A stretch of DNA of 64,000 nucleotides from Paraspadella gotoi (Eukaryota > Animalia > Chaetognatha). The notes under the pieces were generated by a model. It ran no database searches. It saw only the letters and a program-made list of their open reading frames with translations, and had not been told where the DNA came from. How positions within the stretch are numbered: position 1 is the stretch's first letter; every line of letters starts with the position of its first letter. Position numbers and translations under genes: made by a program. Below are positions 31,968 to 45,699 of this stretch, piece by piece. The DNA lies in contig CM119264.1 in assembly GCA_051294375.1 (NCBI GenBank), positions 27,045,879 to 27,109,878 on the forward strand. The letters are read 5' to 3'.

Positions 31968-32003
31968 TTGAAAATTGCGACGATCCTTATGCTCATTTCA
32001 CTG

Positions 32004-32094
<91 letters not shown>

Positions 32095-34116
32095 CTGCAA
32101 TTTGCGGACGATCCTTATTGCTTTTAGGATTTTTTAACCTTGTATCATTTCTGCTTCAAAGTAAATGCTGGACTTAAATTTTTTTTTTTTTTTCATTTAA
32201 ACTCATTTCCACTGGCCACAATTTCCGTCAAAACTTTAATATCTAGCTTTTTCACCACACTTTCCTACCGCTTCACAAAATTTCATCTCATCTATATGGG
32301 ATTTAACAATAAGTAAAAAGATTCAAGATAAATGTGACTCATATTTTTTTCATTTAAACTCATTCCACTCGTACGTTTCCACGAACTTATATTCAAGCAT
32401 CATTACACATTTTTTGTCTACCCACACAAAAAAATGTTGAACTCAATTATCCATCCAATTATGATTAAATTAGAGTACTTATTGGTTAAAAATAAAGTTA
32501 AAAAGATTTTAGTATAAATGCGACTTATGTTATTTTCCACCTTAAACTCATTTTCCACTTCACACGATTCCGTTTCGAAACTTATCATCCAGCTTTTATC
32601 ACACAGTTTTCCTACCCACACCACAAAATTTCATTTTCAATCACAGCCAAAACGAGTTTATTGGAGCTATTTTTGCTAAGGTTGGGACGGATGACGGATT
32701 GATTGACTGGATTTAATTAATTAATTGATTAATTATAATTGACTAATTGATTAATTAACTGATTAATTATTTGACTTGATTAATACATCCTGCATATACA
32801 TTTAATATAAAAGGAAAAGAAGCATAATCAATTTAAGTTTTCTGAAACAGAGTTTTTTTGTTTTTTTTCCATTTAAACTCATTCCACTGAAAAGATGCCA
32901 TTGAAACTTGGTTTCCTGGATTCAATCACACACTTTTTCTACTCACATACAAAATTCCAGGTCAAATCTGATAATAAGTGGTAACTAAGCTATCTTGGTC
33001 AATTTGCATAATTTAATCACTTGATAATTTGGTAACTTGACATAATTTGGTTAACTGATCATAATTTGGGTCTACTTGACATAATTTGGTCAACTGACAT
33101 AATTTGGTCAACGACATTAATCTTTGATCAATTAAGATAATTTTGGTTCAACCGGCCATTAATTTGGTTAACTGGCATAAATTTATCAACTAGCCTAATT
33201 TGTCAACAGGCATAATTTTGGTCAACTTGCAAAACTTGAATTAACTTGCAGAATTTTTGGTCAACTGGCATAATTTGGTCAATTAGCATTAATTTGGGTC
33301 AATCAATTCAATCAATCAATCAATCAATCAATCAAATCAATCAATCAAATTCAATCAGAGAGGAGAGAGAGAGGAGAAAACTTTTAAAAAAATTCAAATA
33401 AATGTTGTCTTTTCGGTTTTCTTAATTTTTGAACTCTTTTCCACTTCCTACGATGTACCATCAAAAAATTTTATCCAGCTTTATCACATACTTTTCCTTC
33501 CCAACACACAAAATTCAATTTTCGATTATATCTATCCAATTTTTAATAAACAAAATAATTATGAGTAAATTTAAGTTTAAAAATACTTCAAGTTATATAT
33601 GACTTTTTGTTTTTTCCCATTTTAACTCATTTCCATCGCACGATTTCCCATCGAAACTTTTATATCCGGCTCAATCACACACTTTCTACCATCATACAAA
33701 TTTCAAAGTCAATTGCACTTATCCACTATAGCAATTGGCGTTCAAATGTGAAATATATTTTTTTGTTTTTCCATTTAAACCCAATTTCCCTCGCACGATT
33801 CCCTCGAAACTTCATATCCATCTCAATCACACAGTTTCCTACCCACACCAAAATTTCATACCAATTCCATCCATCCAATCACGGGTAATTGGAGTTTTTT
33901 GCTAAGGGTGGGACGGACGGACGGACGGGACTGACGACGGACGGACAGACAGACGGACGGACGGACATTCATTTTTTGCATAATTAATCATTAATTCGAT
34001 TGTTTCTGACGATATAAGGTGGTGTGCCCGACAATATTGAGGGGCGGACCGACGGGACCGAAAAAGTGAGATATAGAGTCGGGATCTGCTGATAAGGGCA
34101 CAGATCCGACTAAAAA
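31023..34116 (+). mobile_element. Non-autonomous Helentron-associated element (HINE / DINE-1 / pearl-like)
   Basis: Absent from the homologous A-run of the other copies (empty site TTTTTTAAAAAAAAAACCGAAATG at ~47340 and ~56890). Starts AACAAG, with subterminal GTCGGGATCTG at 31043 repeated at 34078. Ends in the palindrome AGTCGGGATCTG...CAGATCCGACT-AAAAA. Contains ~8 internal core repeats and a (GGAC/AGAC)n microsatellite at 33910-33967. No target-site duplication and no ORF. Confidence 0.8.
32990..33300 (+). repeat. ~18-bp minisatellite (CATAATTTGGTCAACTG[AG]) inside the HINE element, followed by (TCAA)n
   Basis: Repeated ATAATTTGGTCAAC cores are visible directly. Confidence 0.8.
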
Positions 34117-34210
34117 CCGAAATGAAAACAATTTAATGCTAAAAAGCTTTTATCGATAAAAATCGGGTTTAACGATAACGACGGTAGGCGACGACGGTTG
34201 ACGGTTGACG

Positions 34211-34284
<74 letters not shown>
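34211..34284. repeat. (GAC)n microsatellite, representative (others at ~13626, 29035, 36540, 42760, 56995, 59652)
   Basis: Pure trinucleotide run. Confidence 0.97.
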
Positions 34285-34285
<1 letters not shown>

Positions 34286-34848
34286 TACGACAGCCTCAAC
34301 GATGCTGGCGTCAGAGACAGCGATCGATAAGCTGAATAAAAAAACGATCGGTCGGCGGAATTCTTTTTCTTATTATTATTATTTCGCATTGAATTTCGAT
34401 CGTCAAAACGAAACAAATTCTTGTTGCCTTTTTCTTTTTCCGCTTTTCGTCTTCCATGTTATAAATTTCTGACTTTCCAATCTTTCTGATCGCATCAGCT
34501 TCGTCTGGACTTCTTCGTCTCAAACAAGTTAACAAGCGATTTCAAGTTAATTTCTCTGAATCGGCAATGCTTGCACAGTCGCGAGATAAGCCGAGGATTG
34601 GATACCAAGCCCGTAATTTTTTATTTCTTTTTGACCAATTTACATTTGCGTTTTCTGTTTCACCAAGCAACCGGGCTTGAATCCATCCGGCCACACAGAA
34701 TTGAGAAAAGGCTGAGCAGCGGCCTTTCCTGAGATGTCGAAAAGCTCAAATACCAAATAGTCTCACAAAGGAGATTTTTTTTTTCTTGACGAAGAAAATT
34801 ACTCATCATTTGTTGCGAAAATGAGAGTAGAAATTGCATGAGAGAGAG

Positions 34849-34881
<33 letters not shown>

Positions 34882-35664
34882 CGAAGAGAGAGGAGAGAGG
34901 AGAGAGAGAGAGAGAGAGAGCGAGTCGGCAAATAGTGGAGGGAAAAATGAAAATTTGTCCGAGCAAATAACTCCCGGTTTTCTTGACGAGAGAAAAATCT
35001 TAAAAGGAAAACTACAGGGTCAACAAAAGTCTCCGGTTCAATAGATGATCCTGTTATTTCATTTGAAACCTCGTCGCCACTCCTACATAACGACCTTGTA
35101 GATGTTCCTCAGAAACGGCTCTCTCGCTACAATAGAATCCATTTCAGAAACTTGGGGCAGGCCCGATGCACGAAAAGGCAGGGACCGACCGTCGGGGGCT
35201 GGAAACTTAAACGTAAAGAAATTTCGGATGTTTTTTTCAAGCGACGGGTGGCGGTTTTCTGATGGCGAGATGATAGAACGAGAATTGATGTTAAGTCATT
35301 CTTTCTTCACCTTAAATATTAATAAGGGAACAGAAAAGTTATTACTCGTAATATGCGTTTCATAGTTGCCAGAAAAATAAATAATTCCTTCTACCGAGTA
35401 GAGGTTTGAAATTTTTTCACTATATTTCTTTAGTTTAATATAATATAATCTAATATAATTTCTTTGCGTTAAATGAAATGATGTTAGAGTGTTCAAAGAA
35501 TTGTCGTTTCGAGTTATTCTATGGAATGATGCAAGGAATTTCGATTCGAGTTCTTTCAGTCTAACCAAAATTTAGACGCGCGTGAGTTTTTTTTTTGTGT
35601 GGAACTTGAGATGAATCTTTAAAAAAATCAAAGTCAAAGAGGAAAAACTATTTTGGAAATAAAA

Positions 35665-36035
35665 TGGTCCATCTCTCGAAACCCATCTTAACTGTCGTAG
35701 TATGACAACATCCGGGGTTGCCGGATGCCCATTGGGATTGCGGCGATCCTCACTGTTGGGCTTTGGTGGGCCGGTTCCGACCCTCAGTGACGCCTCCAGT
35801 CACTGGCGCGGTTACCCTAGGACAGTTTCGCTTTGCCAACGCAAGATGGAAGTCGTTAGGACTGTGGATGGAACACAACGCCTGGGATTGTGTGTTCATG
35901 TGAAAATGTATTGGCTGAACGATGGTGGACGTGAGGCGGAGTGAATATACGCCACAGTAGCATCTTTTCATCCCCTTGAACAGCCACGGAACGGTGTTCG
36001 GAGGACTGGAACGGGCTTAAGGCAGGGATGGGTCA
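35665..36035 (+). ncRNA. Copy of the structured RNA candidate
   Basis: Near-identical to 58437-58799. ACTGGAACGGGCTTA at 36005-36019 fits the CR-V pattern ACNNRANNNNGNNUA exactly. Confidence 0.42.
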
Positions 36036-36566
36036 GGATTTAACCCTTATGGTAAAAAGCAGATGACTTTACTTCATCGCGCAACCGGCAGGCCAGAAAA
36101 AAGGTATGATTAATCACGAGGGTGACCCTTCCGGGACCCTCGATGACCCTTCGCGACCCCGACGGCACGATTCGCCGATGAGGGGCAAAAAACAAAAGTA
36201 AGAAACTTGAAAGAGATTAAATTTCTGATCGTCTTTTGATCGACCCGATGGAGCAGGAGTCGAGTCGAATGGAGAGCGGGAGTCCTCATGGGTTTCGACT
36301 GGCCCAGGGGCAGTGGCACATTTACGACTTCGCCCGAAAATTAAAAGGGAGCGATTCCAAATCCTTATCTCCATCTCGTTGAAGGGAGGAGGAGAGAGAG
36401 AGCAGGGAGAAGGAAGAGAGGAGGGAGGAGAGAGAGAGAGAGGAGAGAAAATGCCTTTGCTTATTCGAACAAACGCAAGGAGAATCGAAGGGCTAACGTT
36501 TGTTACAGTTCCGCAAACTATAAACAAAGAACTACGGACGACGACGACGACGACGACGACGACGAC

Positions 36567-36603
<37 letters not shown>

Positions 36604-36713
36604 ACGACGTTGACTTGTCGAAGACTGGACATCTGTCTTCATCCCAGAAAAAACAGGAGCCAGAAAGGGATCGAGAGATGAATCCCTTGAGAATTGACTC
36701 TCTCTTCTCTCTC

Positions 36714-36776
<63 letters not shown>

Positions 36777-36874
36777 TCTTTCTTTCGTTATCTGAGTTTA
36801 TATGTGGCGTTTATAAACGACCTTTCTCGCTTGGCATATTAATAGTCAAATCTAATCAATAGAAATCGATGCAA

Positions 36875-36913
<39 letters not shown>

Positions 36914-37713
36914 AACAATTATTCCCCTTTTCTCCTTAATGTTTTGTTTTTTTCTTTTTCGCCTTCAAACGAAAATATTTGTTCAGAAGAGAGGGGTTAA
37001 CCTTAATTTGTGCCGGATGTCAGTTCTGTACGAACAGAAATAAAAGTCACTTTGGCGGTCGAAGAGTCAGCTCCTGTCACTGACAGCCTGTCACTGACAG
37101 CCTGTCAGCATTCGACCAGTCAACGCCCTTAAACATGTTCAGTCAACGTGTATTGACTTGCCTAAAAACGTTCTGTATTTACTAGTAGTTTCGGAGTTCG
37201 ATTTGTTAAAGTTTTCATGTACTTTTATCTTAAAGTTATTCTATGATTAAGACTAAAGAAAGTTATAGTAACCGATCTTGATCATATTTTGTTTCAATGT
37301 AGTCCAAATTTTATTATCATAATACCTTAGATTAATACCAAGGATATTTCAATGAATATTAAAACTCCTCTTCCTTTATTTTCATTTCTTATTCCTTTCT
37401 GAGTTCATTCCCCGGTCCCCCCACCCAGCACCCTCCCCCCCCCTCCTCAAAAAAAAATCTCTCTCCATGAAATCTGACAATTTTGACAGAAAAAAAAAAG
37501 AGGTCGCGGAAATGGAACGAGGGATCGATAATGGGGAAGAAGTTGACCTTCGTCAAAAATTTGGGGAGAGGGTGAACGATTTTGATGACGGACGACGACC
37601 GACGATGACGGACGATGACGACAATAACAAAAAAGGTGACGCTGAGGCGAAGACGATACGACACTGATGACAATGACAATGTGGGCTGACATTGAGGACT
37701 TTATGATTCTCTG

Positions 37714-37783
<70 letters not shown>

Positions 37784-39230
37784 TTCTCTCTCTCTCTTTC
37801 TAATATCGTCTTTGCTCCCACTCTTCATCTCTTTATCTCTCTTCCATCCATCGACCCCATTGTTCAAATTTTAGCCAAATAAAGGCTCATCAAAACCGGC
37901 TGCCCTTTTTTTTCCCCTTTTAAAAATTCGGAGCACCCAATTATGAGAACAAAATCCTACTTAAGAAAATTTTTGCTTCTCGAGCGACGCGCCGATGCTC
38001 TCGAAAGAATCTTAAACTTCAAATATAAAATTTGTTTCAGAGAGTTGAACAAAACATTTAGCCAAGCACATCAAATTTCTACTTCGACGTTTCGTTGATG
38101 ATTTCGAGTAGATTATTGTTAAGTTCTCTTTGTTCGAGATAAAGCTTGGTAAGGAGCCCGGCCTTTCGATTCCCGTTGAGTTGATTGTTAGTTGATTGTT
38201 TTTTTTTTTGTCAAGCAGTCTGCTGATAGAGAAAATAAAAAGAAAAATGCTGTAGAAGATTTATCATCTCCGCAAAAAATTTTGATTGAAAGTGACTTGA
38301 AGGTGCACTGAAATATTTGTAATACTTTTTTTTCTCAATATTCTACGCATTAACTCCTAATTGGAAGAAAAAAGAAATTGCGTCTAGACTTAGGGGATTT
38401 GGTTTTGGGGGTCTTAAAATTACTCTTCAAAAATCAGATAAACATTGAGATACAAAGTTTAATCCTTGGTACGTGGAAACGACATTAGGAAAAAGTGTGT
38501 CTTCTCGAAACTGTTTGACCTTTAAAGATTGTTGTAACAGAGGGATAGAGAGAGAGAGGAGAGAGAGAGACGGAGAGAAGAGAGAGAGGAGAGAGAGAGA
38601 GACGAGAGAGAGAGAGAAGAGAGATTTCGTATATTCAGATTCCTAAATTAATGTAGAGGATCGTAATTAATAAGCCCGTAAACTTTTTTATCATAATTTC
38701 TCCGTAGTAATTTGATCCCTCGTTTATTTTGATTAGCTGGACTGAGACCTGAGGAATATTTGCTTTGGATAGGAATTCCCACGGTTTTTTCTCCCCTCAT
38801 CTTCAGATTTTCACTAAACCCTGTCTCAAGCTTTTGGCGTAGAACATACTTAGATCGAGACAAATGTGACCCTGCGATTTTTCGATATTGAACAATTTTA
38901 AAAAAAACAAACTGTTTTCTTTTAAAAATCTGTGAAACCAGTTGCTTGACCCTATTAATTTAGTTTCGAGAAGGTTGTAATAAAAAAAAGTAATACGTCT
39001 AATTATTTAAATCAATTAATTATACATTATTTAACAACCCTCGGTTTTCAAACTTAAACCATTTTTTTTGCCAAAATTAACCCGGGTTCTCCGCGCATTG
39101 AAATGGGAAGCTAATTTTTAAGAGGCTTTTTTTTTTTTTCTTGCCGATAATTGACAATTCTCATTGTTCAAACATCTGAGCATCGCATTCTCACGATTCC
39201 CTTTTGTTTTCCCCTTCTTCGCTTCGTCAG

Positions 39231-41574
39231 GTGTCGCAGGAGATCGTGGGATCAAGTTGATGCTGTTCTCCAGGCAACAGCGCCGGTCCGTCAAAAACCA
39301 TTGATGATTCGCGCGCAATTGCGATACTATCCGCAGGTCGGTCCGGTTCGGTTCGTAATGCCGATTGGTGCTTTGTTGACGTCGTTATCGCTGTTGTCGT
39401 GTGGTGGTTTGCCGCTGGGAATCGTGAGGATCGACTTAGATAATTGTGCGGTAAATGTTTGTTATGGCAATGGACCGCGAAGGCTTTTTATTTTAATTGT
39501 CCGTTTTAATGTCGATGACAATGTTCGTTCGGATTGTTTAATTTATTTTTTTAAACAAATGGATAATAAAATTAGCAAATAAAAACGATTATTTAGAACA
39601 CGAATCCTCGATCTGCCACTAATGGTTTTCCTCCTCCTTTCTCCTCCTCCTTCCTCCTCTTCCCCCCTTCCAACCCCCTCCTCCTCTCCACTCAGGAAAT
39701 CAACCCCGACCGCTGTTATTACATTGCATAACGTCAGCGCTACTGCGTGACTAAAGTGACTGGAATCTCCGCCAGCTTGGACGCTCAACATTTGGCCAAC
39801 GTTGTCGTCCACTCCAACCAAAAGCTCAACTTCACCACAGGTGTGGACGAGGTTGTGGTTGGTGGGTGGAGGCGTGGAATTCAATTAGAAGGGATTCAGT
39901 TTTTATATAGTTATGACTTATTCCGCTGTGGCGTTAGCTATGTAATTCGATTCTGATTTTGAATCCTCAAAGATTTTTATTTCAAATATTTTTTTCCTTT
40001 CTTAAAATTTTGCTTAAGAAAAAAATTTATCTTTGCTTCGAGAAAATTTGAGGTCACGTGACGTCATCGTCGATAAGATATCAAAAAGAAAAATGTTTAT
40101 TATTGACGAAGGGTCCATTATAGCATTTAATAAAGGGTCTTATCAGGAAATAAATTTCTCAGATCTTAGAATCTCTCTCACGTAAACAGACTCCCTGTTG
40201 CCTTTAACCTGGGCGAGAAAAAAAAAGCCAGACCTTCTTCTGTATCTTAGACTGAACCCATTTTATTCCAAACTGAACCTTACCCTTCACTTCACCCTCT
40301 CCTCTTTCATACCCCCAAAAACCCAGCTGGTCTCATCACCAATCCCCCCGAAAATTCAACCGGCGTCGCCTTCTCCCCCGGCGGCGGGCGCCTGCCAGGA
40401 TCTACGGACGGTGGGGCGCGCGCCGTTCCTCCCGGCGCCGTTTTCGAACCGGAAGTGGCGGTCCAGGCGCCGCCGCTTCCGGTTCGTCGACGCCGGCGGA
40501 AAAACGGCGGCTAGCCAACGCGGACGCCGCCGCAGCAGCCGAACGTTTGCCGCGGCGCAAACGCCAGCCATGAAACAGTACCAGAGCTTAAGGTTATTCA
40601 ATTAATCCATCAATCAATTAATCAAATCAATTATTCAATCAATAAATCAAACTACGTATCAAAATATCAAATAACTTCATTCATGATGAATAAACCTATT
40701 AATTAATTAATCAATTAATCAAACTTGCTTATCCAAAATTTTTAAAAAGTTTTTATTCTTGACTAAGAAATCTTATTATTTTCATAGACAAATATATCAT
40801 ATACTGTAGTCATAAAAGCAATATTAATTTCAGCAATCAATTCTGCATAATTTATCAATCATCATATCTCCCTGGAACCAAAAATCATAAATTATCTTCT
40901 TTCTCTCCCGCACAGAGCATCGCCTCCAAGCCAATGGCGAAGCTGACCGAATGTCTACGGCACGCCCAACGAGATTTGTGACCAATTCACGGGCCCGGAT
41001 CAACGCGCCGCCGCCGGCGGCAGCGTGTTCAACGGGGTCGCGGGCATCAGGTGGAAACCGCGTTCTCCCCAACGCCGCCAATCCGTCGCCCGTGTTGACG
41101 CCCGACACGTACAGGGTAAGGGGGCCCACGTGGAGGTCAAGAAGAAAGAATAAGTAATTAATAGCTAATAATAGTAACCCTTGTAATTATTTGCTAGTAG
41201 TTGAAAAAAAGTTTAAAGTATTTGAGTATTTATTTGATTTCTTTTGAGTTGGAATTTTTTTTATTTTCAATTGAAAAATTCGACTTCTTAAAATCTCGAT
41301 GCTAAAAATCGTGCGTCCTCTATTAAGTTTTTTAAAATATTTTTCATTTAATAATACCGTTAACTACGTTAGCCCGCCTATTTTAGGGACCCCAATGATT
41401 AAAAAATTGGCCCCGCCAACGATTAAAATTGTTTTCTCTTTAATTTTTTCTTACTTTTTTTTGTCTCGATCTTTTGACAGTTTATTTTCATTCGAAAGAA
41501 TTCAAAGCTGTTTTTATTAACATTCTTCTTTCTCTCTTCTCTCTCTTTCTCTCTCTCTTCTCTCTCCTCTCTCT

Positions 41575-41620
<46 letters not shown>

Positions 41621-41825
41621 TGCAGGCGCTCGACGTTTACCAGGAAGAGTCGTCGGGCGGCGCCCGCTTCCTGGCCGCCAGCGGCGCTACGGCGGCGGCG
41701 GCGGCGGCGGCGGCCGCCGCTGCATGCCGCCGCCGGCGCCAACGTTACGACATCATAGATTTCCAATCCTCAACGTTCTGGGCAACGCCCGAAAGCCCCA
41801 GCACAGCAGCAACATCGGCCACGCG
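39231..41825 (+). CDS. Second copy of the Z-alpha protein gene (indel-damaged), with an extra exon starting a second Z-alpha domain
   Basis: Near-identical to 61954-63744. Exons ~39231-39336, 39696-39840, 40327-~40586 and 40916-41115, plus 41626-41825 after a (CT)n tract and TGCAG acceptor. The last exon ends ...ILNVLGNARKPQHSSNIGHA, which aligns with VMLVLRHSAGPVKTIEIARN of the first domain. Frameshifts look like long-read indels. Confidence 0.75.
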
Positions 41826-42758
41826 GTAGGTTGGGTTATCATCTTCTCCTTCTCTCTCTCTCTCTCTCTCTCTTTCATTCGACTCGTCCCAAGAATATAA
41901 AACCTTTTTCTTCTTCACTGAAAAATCAATCAGTTTTTTTTTCTTTCGATTCACAGTCTGGTTTTCACCGTCTCGCTTTTGAGATTCACGGATTCAAAGC
42001 AAAATATATTTTTTTTATTTATTTTATTTATTTATTTTTATAAATTTATTAAATTTACTAAATATATGAAATCTTTTTTAACAGTATAAATTAAATAGTA
42101 ATAATAAAACTTCTTTCTTCAGTTTAAGTTCTTGTTTTTTTGAATTTGAAAGAAAAAAAAAGGTTTTGTGTCATTACAACTGTATGAACTATGAACTGTG
42201 AGGGAGTGAGGCTCCAAAGCGAAAGAGTATTAAAATTTGTTTCCTAAATTCCTGATAATTTTGGGCTTTGAGACCTTGCACCTTCCCCTGCAATTAGCTC
42301 CACCCATCACTTTTTGGATTTCTTACCGTCTCGTTGATAAGCTTTTTATTTTATAATTATAATAACGTGAGCTCCTCTCTCGACCTTCTCAATCCGCCAA
42401 AGATCTTTATATGTTTTCTCTCCTTTCTCTTCTCTTTCTATTCTATTTCTCTTTCTCTCCTTCTATTCTTTTTTATTCCTCTTTCTGCCAAAATCATCTC
42501 ACTTCAGATATGTATATTCTTCTCTCCCTACCACCTTGATCTCCACCCCATCTACACTCCGTCTACACCCAATCTCCAACCCCTTCTACACCCCACCATC
42601 TCCAACCACCATCTACACCCCCAGGTCGAAAGGCTCCACCTTTTATCTCCTCCTTTTCACTTCGTTTTCCTTCTCCTATTTATTTTTTTTCTTTCACCCT
42701 TTTTGCTTCTTTTTTTTTCTCAAGATCGTAACTTCTTACAACTTACTCGTTGGAAGCT

Positions 42759-42819
<61 letters not shown>

Positions 42820-43020
42820 TCGTCGTCTCGTCTTTAAATTTAAGGACGGCAAATAGGGCCTCCGTTTATTTTAGACTCGTTTCCATTTTGCTGGTTAAGT
42901 TCCGTCTTTGTGTCGGCAGATTTTTTTCTCAGTTTTGATTTTTTTTCTTTTATCAACCGACTTAATATAATTTCCTTATGTGTAAAATAAAAATACTATA
43001 GCCGCATAGCGGCCTAGCCG

Positions 43021-43080
<60 letters not shown>

Positions 43081-43623
43081 CTCTCTCTTTCATTCGACTC
43101 GTCCCAAGAATATAAAACCTTTTTCTTCTTCACTGAAAAATCAATCAGTTTTTTTTTTCTTTCGATTCACAGTCTGGTTTTCACCGTCTCGCTTTTGAGA
43201 TTCACGGATTCAAAGCAAAAATATATTTTTTTTATTTATTTTATTTATTTATTTTTATAAATTTATTAAATTTACTAAATATATGAAATCTTTTTAACAG
43301 TATAAATTAAATAGTAATAATAAAACTTCTTTCTTCAGTTTCTTGAATAAACAAGGCGTCTTGGATGCGTTACAAAATAAATGATTAACGGACCTCCGAC
43401 GGGCGAGAGAGAACTTCTCACCATATGGTCTGGTTTATATGTGTATGAATTATTTCTTTCTTTCTTTCTTTCNNNNNNNNNNNNNNNNNNNNNNNNNTCT
43501 TCAGTTTCTTGAATAAACAAGGCGTCTTGGATGCGTTACAAAATAAATGATTAACGGACCTCCGACGGGCGAGAGAGAACTTCTCACCATATGGTCTGGT
43601 TTATATGTGTATGAATTATTTCT

Positions 43624-43670
<47 letters not shown>

Positions 43671-45699
43671 CTTCTCTCTATCTTTCCAAATCGAAAATGA
43701 GAATTATTTCAATTTCTTCTTCTTTTTTTTCTCCTCTCGTCGAAGAAGAACGATTGACGGACAAATTTCTTTTTTTATTTTTTCTTTTTATTTTCATATC
43801 ACATTTTTTTCCCCCTTTTTTCTTTTTTTAACTTTTCAACTTCCCCCCCCCGTTCCCATTTTTTTTAGTCTCTCCAATTCTCTATCCACGAAAAAAAAGC
43901 TTTTTTCATTTTCGAATTTTTGACACGTCCTTAAAAATCGATTTGATTTCGAAGAACTCCGCTGACGGTTTCTGTTTTTCTCTCATTTATTTTTCTTTTT
44001 CTTTTTACTTTTTTTTCTTTTAATTTTTCGCTCCGTTTTTCACTTTTCTTCTCGCGTCTTAACGGATTTTTATTGTCTTTGGCCATCTCCGGGTAACTGG
44101 TCCCCACCCGTCCCGATCACCTGATCCCCTGTCCTCTAGTCCCGGTCCTCCTGGTCCCCTGTCCCGAAACGCGCGTCGTTTGATGATGGATATCTTTTTT
44201 TTCGCACGACCCAATTCTGAATCCGGAGGCGAGAGTTCGGCTGCGGGGAAGAACTCGAAAAAAAATGTTGGTTGGTTGTAACGTATTTTCTTCAATTTTA
44301 ATTTTATTTTTATTTTTTATTTTTTGCCTTTTTTAATTTTTTCTTTTCTTTTCTTTTCTTTTCTTTTCTTTTCTTTTTCTTTTTCTTTATCTTTTTTTTA
44401 CTCGTTGTCCCTGTCTATTATAAACCTTTCCTTTATTTCAAATCCTTTCTCTCACCTAATGAATTTACATATCTTTTTTTTTTCAAATTTTTGTCCAAAC
44501 CTTTTGTCTCGGTTTTAAACATTAAAAAAAAAAAACTAAAATAAGTCGATTGATAAGTCTGTAAATTTTTCAAATTTTTTTCTTCGTTGCTCGCCGCTCT
44601 ATAATATATATATATCTAAAAATTATAAGTTTTATAGAATTTTAAATGAATTCAACAACGATTCATTTGAAAATCTCAACCACAACGAAACGAAAGGATA
44701 TAATATCAAATTATAAGTATATAATTTTTATTAACCAGATTTTTCCAATCTCATTTGCTTATTACAGTCCGTTTGAATCGCTATAAAGAGTATCGATATG
44801 ATAAAAACGAATACATAAGGAATACTGTTTTCGTTTCATATATTAAACGTTAGTTCTAAGTTTGTACATCGATTGTGCATAGTCTATTAAGTATAACATA
44901 AAACGAAATTATGCTTTCTTAAATTCAGATTAATTTCTCGTAAAGTTGAAGAATTAAAAATTACATATGTTTTTTTTTTTGTAAATTTTCCAAAGCTTTT
45001 TCTCTTTATTTTAAAAACTTAATGGAAAGGGAATTTTTCAAAAGTTTTTTCTTTTTGTAATTATTATATCTGAAAAAATTATAACTTTTGAAATTTTACA
45101 TTATTTGTTTAGTATTTTAAACTATTCCTTTATCGTATAATTTGGAAAATTATTATAAATTATACATAAATTTATTAATTTATATTTGCTTCGTTCTTCA
45201 CTTTAGAATTTTAATTAAAGAAATTTAGAAAATACTAGCCAGTATTCATGTGTTTTTAGCTTCTTTTTTTTATTTTTTTTTTTTTTTTGGCTTTTGTGCA
45301 CGATATACATCGATACGGCAAAATTGGAGCAACCTTCGCGTGACGCTAACATTGTTTACGTTTTTCGCATGTTTTTACAACGACGACGACGACGACTGCA
45401 CGACGACGACGACGACGGACGACGATCTAAACCCAGCCACTCGTACCCGCACGGTCGAGCGGCAATTCCCGACATTTCGGCCTCTCGTTAGTCTAGTGAC
45501 CGTTTTGTCTTCTTTTTTGTTTTCGTTTCGCTTTCAATTTTTTGTTTCGTTTTTTTTTTCACTCTCACGATTTTTTTATCTTAATTTTTGGCGCCTCAAA
45601 ACTCACCACTCGATCACCAGCGACATCTCTGGTTTGGTATAGTACTTAAATCGAACACGAAAAAAACAAAAGACGCGAATTTTTTATAAATAAATCGAT

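Larger units (their letters stand above)
20010..41850 (+). repeat. Large duplicated block, copy 2 (longest; includes the HINE insertion and the Z-alpha gene)
   Basis: Matches 6500-19730 and, from ~27650 on, 53500-64000. Confidence 0.9.

Noticed and set aside
31490-33890. Repeat-spacer appearance resembling a CRISPR array
   Set aside because: The repeats are long, degenerate and irregularly spaced inside a eukaryotic TE, and there are no cas genes.
44760-45240. AT-rich stretch unique to copy 3
   Set aside because: It degrades gradually from the homologous sequence and has no termini, so it looks like a low-quality raw-read segment rather than an insertion.
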